Positions 58,985-64,000 of a stretch of DNA of 64,000 nt are shown here, piece by piece. A program made the position numbers and the translations under genes. The notes under the pieces were generated by a model. It did not search any database and was not told the origin of the DNA. It was given only the letters and a program-made list of their open reading frames with translations. Positions within the stretch are counted from its first letter, which is position 1. Each line of letters starts with the position of its first letter. This stretch comes from Chrysomallon squamiferum (taxonomy: Eukaryota > Animalia > Mollusca), in NCBI GenBank assembly GCA_012295275.1, contig CM022666.1, positions 5,084,001 to 5,148,000 of the forward strand, in the 5' to 3' direction.

Positions 58985-59699
58985 ATCCATACACAAACAC
59001 ACACACATACATATTATTTAAAATATTGTTGACACTGTAGTCGGATTCTTTGAATAGTTGCCAGTATTTTTAATAACAGCATATTAACACTATGTTGTTG
59101 GCTTGTTTTTACCTCCCTTGAACATTTCAGATGTGTAATGAATACTCATTGGAACTGGGCTATAAATAGATGTTACGTCACTGAATTACTAATAGACGGA
59201 TTCACAAAATTTGAATACATTATTATTATTAAATAAATTTGTTGTTGTTGTTGTTACTGTTGTTGAAAATGAAAATGAACACCTTGTTTTTTATTTGTTT
59301 TTTTATGTATAGCTAGGTGGGTTTATTTGCAAGGCAATAGCTTTTATTTTATAAAACGAAAAATATAGAAAAAAAAAATTCAATTTAAAACACAAAAAAT
59401 TATGAAATATTAATTGTTTATTTAATATTTAAATAAATAAAGTAAAATACTTAAAATATATAAAAAGTGATAAAAAGTAAATTGAAATAAATTAATTAAT
59501 TAACAGAAAAAATAATAAAATGAAATGAAATAAAACAAATACAGTAAAATAAACAAATACAAATAAACAAATAAAAATAAACAAACAAATACACAAATAA
59601 TTAAATAAATATATAAAGTTTATAGCAGATGTTCGCTCACTTCATCGATAAACTTATTCACCTTTTTACGCTCAATTCATCGATAAATTATAAATATTA

Positions 59700-59900
59700 A
59701 TTTTCCACTTTTCTCCGCTTTTCTGTGAGTTTCACTCAGTTTCTAAAAAGAATGTTAATAACCAATTTATCGAATTTACCTATTTCTATATAAAACTTAT
59801 TTTTTTCTTTGGTTGTTGTTGCATTTAATGTATTTATAAAACAGATGAGTATCGAGTTTAATATTTCATTTTCCTTTAGATACAGTCTGTGTCAAACAAG
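59700..59900 (-). pseudogene. TNF relic paralogous to 12115-12460
   Basis: Degenerate 37-nt exon (ccacttttctccgcttttctgtgagtttcactcagtttct) with lost donor, plus the exon-2 5' stub. Confidence 0.7.
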
Positions 59901-60014
59901 ATAAAAATGTTATTAATACCAAGATAAAGACACACACATAAATAACATTATTTCAAAAAATAAAGTAAAACAATAAATAAAACCATACACACACACACCC
60001 GCGCGCGCACACAA

Positions 60015-60046
<32 letters not shown>

Positions 60047-61038
60047 ACACACACACACACCCGCGCGCGCAAACACACACACACACACACACATACACAC
60101 ACACACACACACAAAAGCGCGCAACAGATACTACACAAACAACAGAATACTTTTTCAAACAATTAAAATAAGACTAGTGAAAAATAATGACATATCTTTC
60201 AAAAATATTTACTTTCTTTTCGTTAACGAATTGATTTTTATATTACGTGTTAGAGACAGCTGCACTTTAGAAGATAATAATATTGTATTGAAAACAAACA
60301 GAAAATTAAGTTTCCCATAAATTGCTGTTTTATTTCCGATGACGCGTTGTCCTTCAAATAACATTTTACTTGGCTATGAGAAAATAAAATATTATCGAGA
60401 GGATGACATGCCTTACAAAATTAATAATTAAAAGTTGCATAATGTTCATAAATAAACTACGTGCATTTATTGCTGATTGTTACTGTTGTAGTTCTTGTTA
60501 TTTTTAATATTAACGTTCAGAGTTCAGGTGGGAAAAAACACAAAAAACTACAACAATAAAACGACCAAAAAAACAAACAACAACAACAACAACAATAATA
60601 AACAAAAAACAAAACAGTACAAACAAGTCACATACTATTCTACGCACGCTAACGCACAGAGAAGAGAGGGGGGCCAGTCAGCTGTGTGTTTTTGGACGAG
60701 GGCCAAGTTATAGTAATAATTGGAGTCCAAGTGTTCAGTTGGCTGACCAAACGTTGCCGACCCCTGAACAGTAGTAGCGTGAATGAAGCAGACAAAGAAA
60801 TGAAATGTCTTGGCACGTAGGTAAATATTTCACAGACAGAAACTGTTGATATCACGTTGACAGTGCATTTCGAACAAACTACGTCGCTTAGAAGTCAAAT
60901 AAACACTGCTCGGGTAGGATTACTTTTAAAGATAAACAGATGACTTTTTAATTTTATTACCATGAACGACGACTATACAACTATTAAAACTCAATGATGA
61001 TATAAGTGTGTATGGATGTGCACGTATGTGTGTGTGTA

Positions 61039-61073
<35 letters not shown>

Positions 61074-61742
61074 GTAAGTATCTGATATGAACATGGTTAT
61101 ACAACAGCAATATTTAACATACTGTCTATAAAGTATAGAAATTATCCTTCATAAAATAAAAATTATATCATGTTACTGACTGGTGTATAAATGAAAAGTG
61201 AGTTGAAAAATATTATCATTTATTTTACTTGATATTTGAAAAAGAAAAGAAAAACAAAAGAAGAATAATAACAGCAGAAGCACTAATATAAATGGTAGGA
61301 GTAGTAGAAAGAATAATACTAGTAATCATGATTATAGGTAATAATATAGGAGTAGCAATAATGATGAAGATGACAGTGGTAATAAAGATAATGATAATTA
61401 TGATAGTCATAATAAAATGAATAATGTTGATGATGATAATAGTGAAAATAAAATTAATAGCCATAATATTTATGATTCTGGAATGCTTCTAAAAAGAAAA
61501 GTGTTATTGTGATAAAACAAAAACAAATGCTTTAAATATATTGTTTACTATGCAGATTTTACATGAAATTTTAAATGTAACATATATAGAAACATTTATT
61601 ACTCTGATCATTTCAATGCATGAGTATATACTGTATAAAGAACATTTAACTTGTATTACTCATTACTCATTTAACTTTCATCAGTCAATTTATATTGAAA
61701 ACCAGTAATATTTGATTATTTATTCGCTGAATACAGCACACA

Positions 61743-61781
<39 letters not shown>

Positions 61782-61789
61782 GTAATCAC

Positions 61790-62106
61790 CTTTTATAAAA
61801 CTTGGGCCACACTGGATTAAGCTGACATCCAGTCGCTGAGAAGACGTACTCCCGCTGCTGTTTGCTTCCCTCTACAGTGCAGTTGATGTCCATGCCGAGG
61901 TTGACCAAGTAGGTGCAGTACGTCTCATCGTGTACAAAATGCAGTGTTGTCAGCTGCTGCTGGTGTAGTTGCAGTGCTCGTTCATGACGTTCTATATACG
62001 CTGCCATCCAGCTCTGGTACAAAGGAAGTTCCACTGTGTTTATTTGTTCTGCATGAGAAACAAGTCGACTGTTGATCATTTCAGCTTGGAGGTCTATGAA
62101 TCCGTT
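61790..62106 (-). CDS. Complete internal exon of gene X (317 nt, phase 0 to 2)
   Basis: tttcag|AAC GGA...TAT AAA AG|gtgatt. Open frame NGFIDLQAEMINSRLVSHAEQINTVELPLYQSWMAAYIERHERALQLHQQQLTTLHFVHDETYCTYLVNLGMDINCTVEGSKQQREYVFSATGCQLNPVWPKFYKR, phase-compatible with the 135-nt exon. Functional status unknown. Confidence 0.5.
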
Positions 62107-62356
62107 CTGAAATTTAAAAAATATATATATTCAAATACACTGTATATTATACATCACAGTATGTCAATTTTATAATATCATATACTGAATACATGATATT
62201 TGCTATAGTGAATCTTTAATATTATGTCCTGTGATTTGTAAATTTAATCTTTGATCTTTAAGATTGCCGTACTGGAATAATACTGTATCACTTGGTATAT
62301 AAATTACATGGTATGTACTGAACTGTATTAATCTTTAAGGTCTATGAATCCTTCTG

Positions 62357-62744
62357 AGTAAAAGTAAGCTAGGGTTGAGTATATTGATAGTAAATTAGTA
62401 AAAGTAAGCTACGGTTTAATATAGTGATAGTAAATTAGTAAAAGTAAGCTAGGGTTGAGTATAGTGATAGTAAATTAGTAAAAGTAAGCTAGGGTTGAGT
62501 ATAGTGATAGTAAATTAGTAAAAGTAAGCTAGGGTTCAGTATAGTGATAGTAAATTAGTAAAAGTAAGCTAGGGTTGAGTATAGTGATAGTAAATTAGTA
62601 AAAGTAAGCTAGGGTTCAGTATAGTGATAGTAAATTAGTAAAAGTAAGCTAGGGTTGGGTATATTGATAGTAAATTAGTAAAAGTAAGTTAGGGTTGGGT
62701 ATAGTGATAGTAAATTAGTAAAAGTAAGCTAGGGTTGGGTATAT
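62357..62744. repeat. 40-bp minisatellite, ~9.7 copies
   Basis: Unit agtaaaagtaagctagggttgagtatagtgatagtaaatt, head-to-tail with few substitutions and no spacers. Confidence 0.95.
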
Positions 62745-63279
62745 GAAAAGATATCAACTCAAAAGATAATGCACACAGCTGATAGATGCCAACAAAATTA
62801 ACACAGTAATTTTTTATTTAATAAGGAGAATCCATCATGTTATGTGTGGATGAGTTGTACTGGCAGTTTTGTAGATATTTTATATCATATAGTCAAAAAC
62901 CAAAGTAACAAAATTCTCTTCTAGTTTTTGAGACCAGCTAAATCCCACAGCTGTTCACAATTAATATTTGTTACACTGTAGTAATTTTAGTTTTGTCTGT
63001 TTCTATAGGCTGTATTCCACCGGTTGTATTTAACATTTTAATATTACTGGATGTTAGATATGTTTTTGTACAAAGCAATTACTGTTTCTATCAGCCTCTG
63101 TGGAGAAATGATCCTGAAACACATCACTCCTAAGTACCAGTAGCTAGACATTACTAACAACAAAAGTATAACTTAGCCATGTAAACTGATATTTGTTTAT
63201 TTATATTTACCTTATTTACAAAATAGAAATGTTAAAACTAAATAATGAAGTTACATTTAATGTATTTATGAAATTGACG

Positions 63280-63360
63280 CGTATCAAGTTTAGTACTATA
63301 AGAGAAATGACAATGACCGGACGAACTGACTTCATTTCCTTTAGATGCAGTCTGTGCCAA
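63280..63360 (-). pseudogene. TNF relic: start of copy-3-type first coding exon
   Basis: Encodes MKSVRPVIVISLIVLNLI and is then truncated; preceded by the same acceptor context as copy 3. Confidence 0.7.
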
Positions 63361-63457
63361 ACATGATAAAAATGTTATTAGTAATCAATAATACCAAGTT
63401 AAAGACACATACATAAATAACATTCTTTCAACAAAATATAAATAAAAGTAAAATAAT

Positions 63458-63505
<48 letters not shown>

Positions 63506-64000
63506 GAGAGAGAAAAGCTAGCAACAGATACTACACAAACAACAGAATACTTTTTCAAACAATTAAAATAAGACTAGTGGAAAATAATGACATATCTTTC
63601 AGAAATATATATTGCCTTTTACTTTCTTTTCGTTAACGAAATGATTTTTATATTATGTGTTAGAGACAGCTGCACTTTAGAAGATAATAATATTGAATTG
63701 AAAACAAGCACAAAATTAAATTTGCCATAAACTAATGTTTTATTTCCGATGACGCGTTGTACTTCAAATCACATTTTGATTGGCTGTGAGAAAATATAAC
63801 CTTATCGAGAGGATGACATACTTAGAATCAAAAATGTAAACAAAATTAAAAATTAAAAGTTGCATAATGATCACAAATAAACTACGTGCATTTATTGCTG
63901 GTTGTTACTGTTGTAGTTCTTGTTATTATTAATATTAACATTGCTGTTGTCATTCACAGTTCAGGTGGAAAAAAAGCTAAAAAAAAGAACAATTAAAATA

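Noticed and set aside
62357-62744. CRISPR-like array
   Set aside because: Units are contiguous 40-bp repeats without unique spacers, no cas genes are present, and the context is eukaryotic.

Overview
AT-rich, microsatellite-rich, intron-containing animal DNA (invertebrate, probably lophotrochozoan/mollusc; inference). Most ORF-track entries are repeat-derived noise. The window is a mosaic of about 2.5 tandem segmental-duplication units of roughly 24-26 kb, starting near 1, 26.5 kb and 50.2 kb. It carries a minus-strand array of TNF-superfamily ligand genes (type II TM anchor, 6-Cys stalk, TRAIL/FasL-like TNF homology domain). There are four full-length copies with the same four coding exons (normally 261+37+108+389 nt, 264 aa). 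By hand splicing only the copy at 40098-41947 is intact. The other three each carry one distinct lesion (-1 frameshift, -2 frameshift with promoter decay, nonsense codon). About nine further TNF fragments are present, including a ~280-bp inverted copy of the last exon inside an intron of copy 1 that could form a pre-mRNA hairpin. Co-duplicated with the TNF genes are relics of other genes: a plus-strand TM plus TIR-like receptor (possibly with Ig-like pieces), an unidentified multi-pass membrane protein with four phase-compatible exons, and a further unidentified coding relic. Amplified promoter-proximal modules, a TIR-bounded MITE and several minisatellites are also present. All assignments were made by eye, without database searches.
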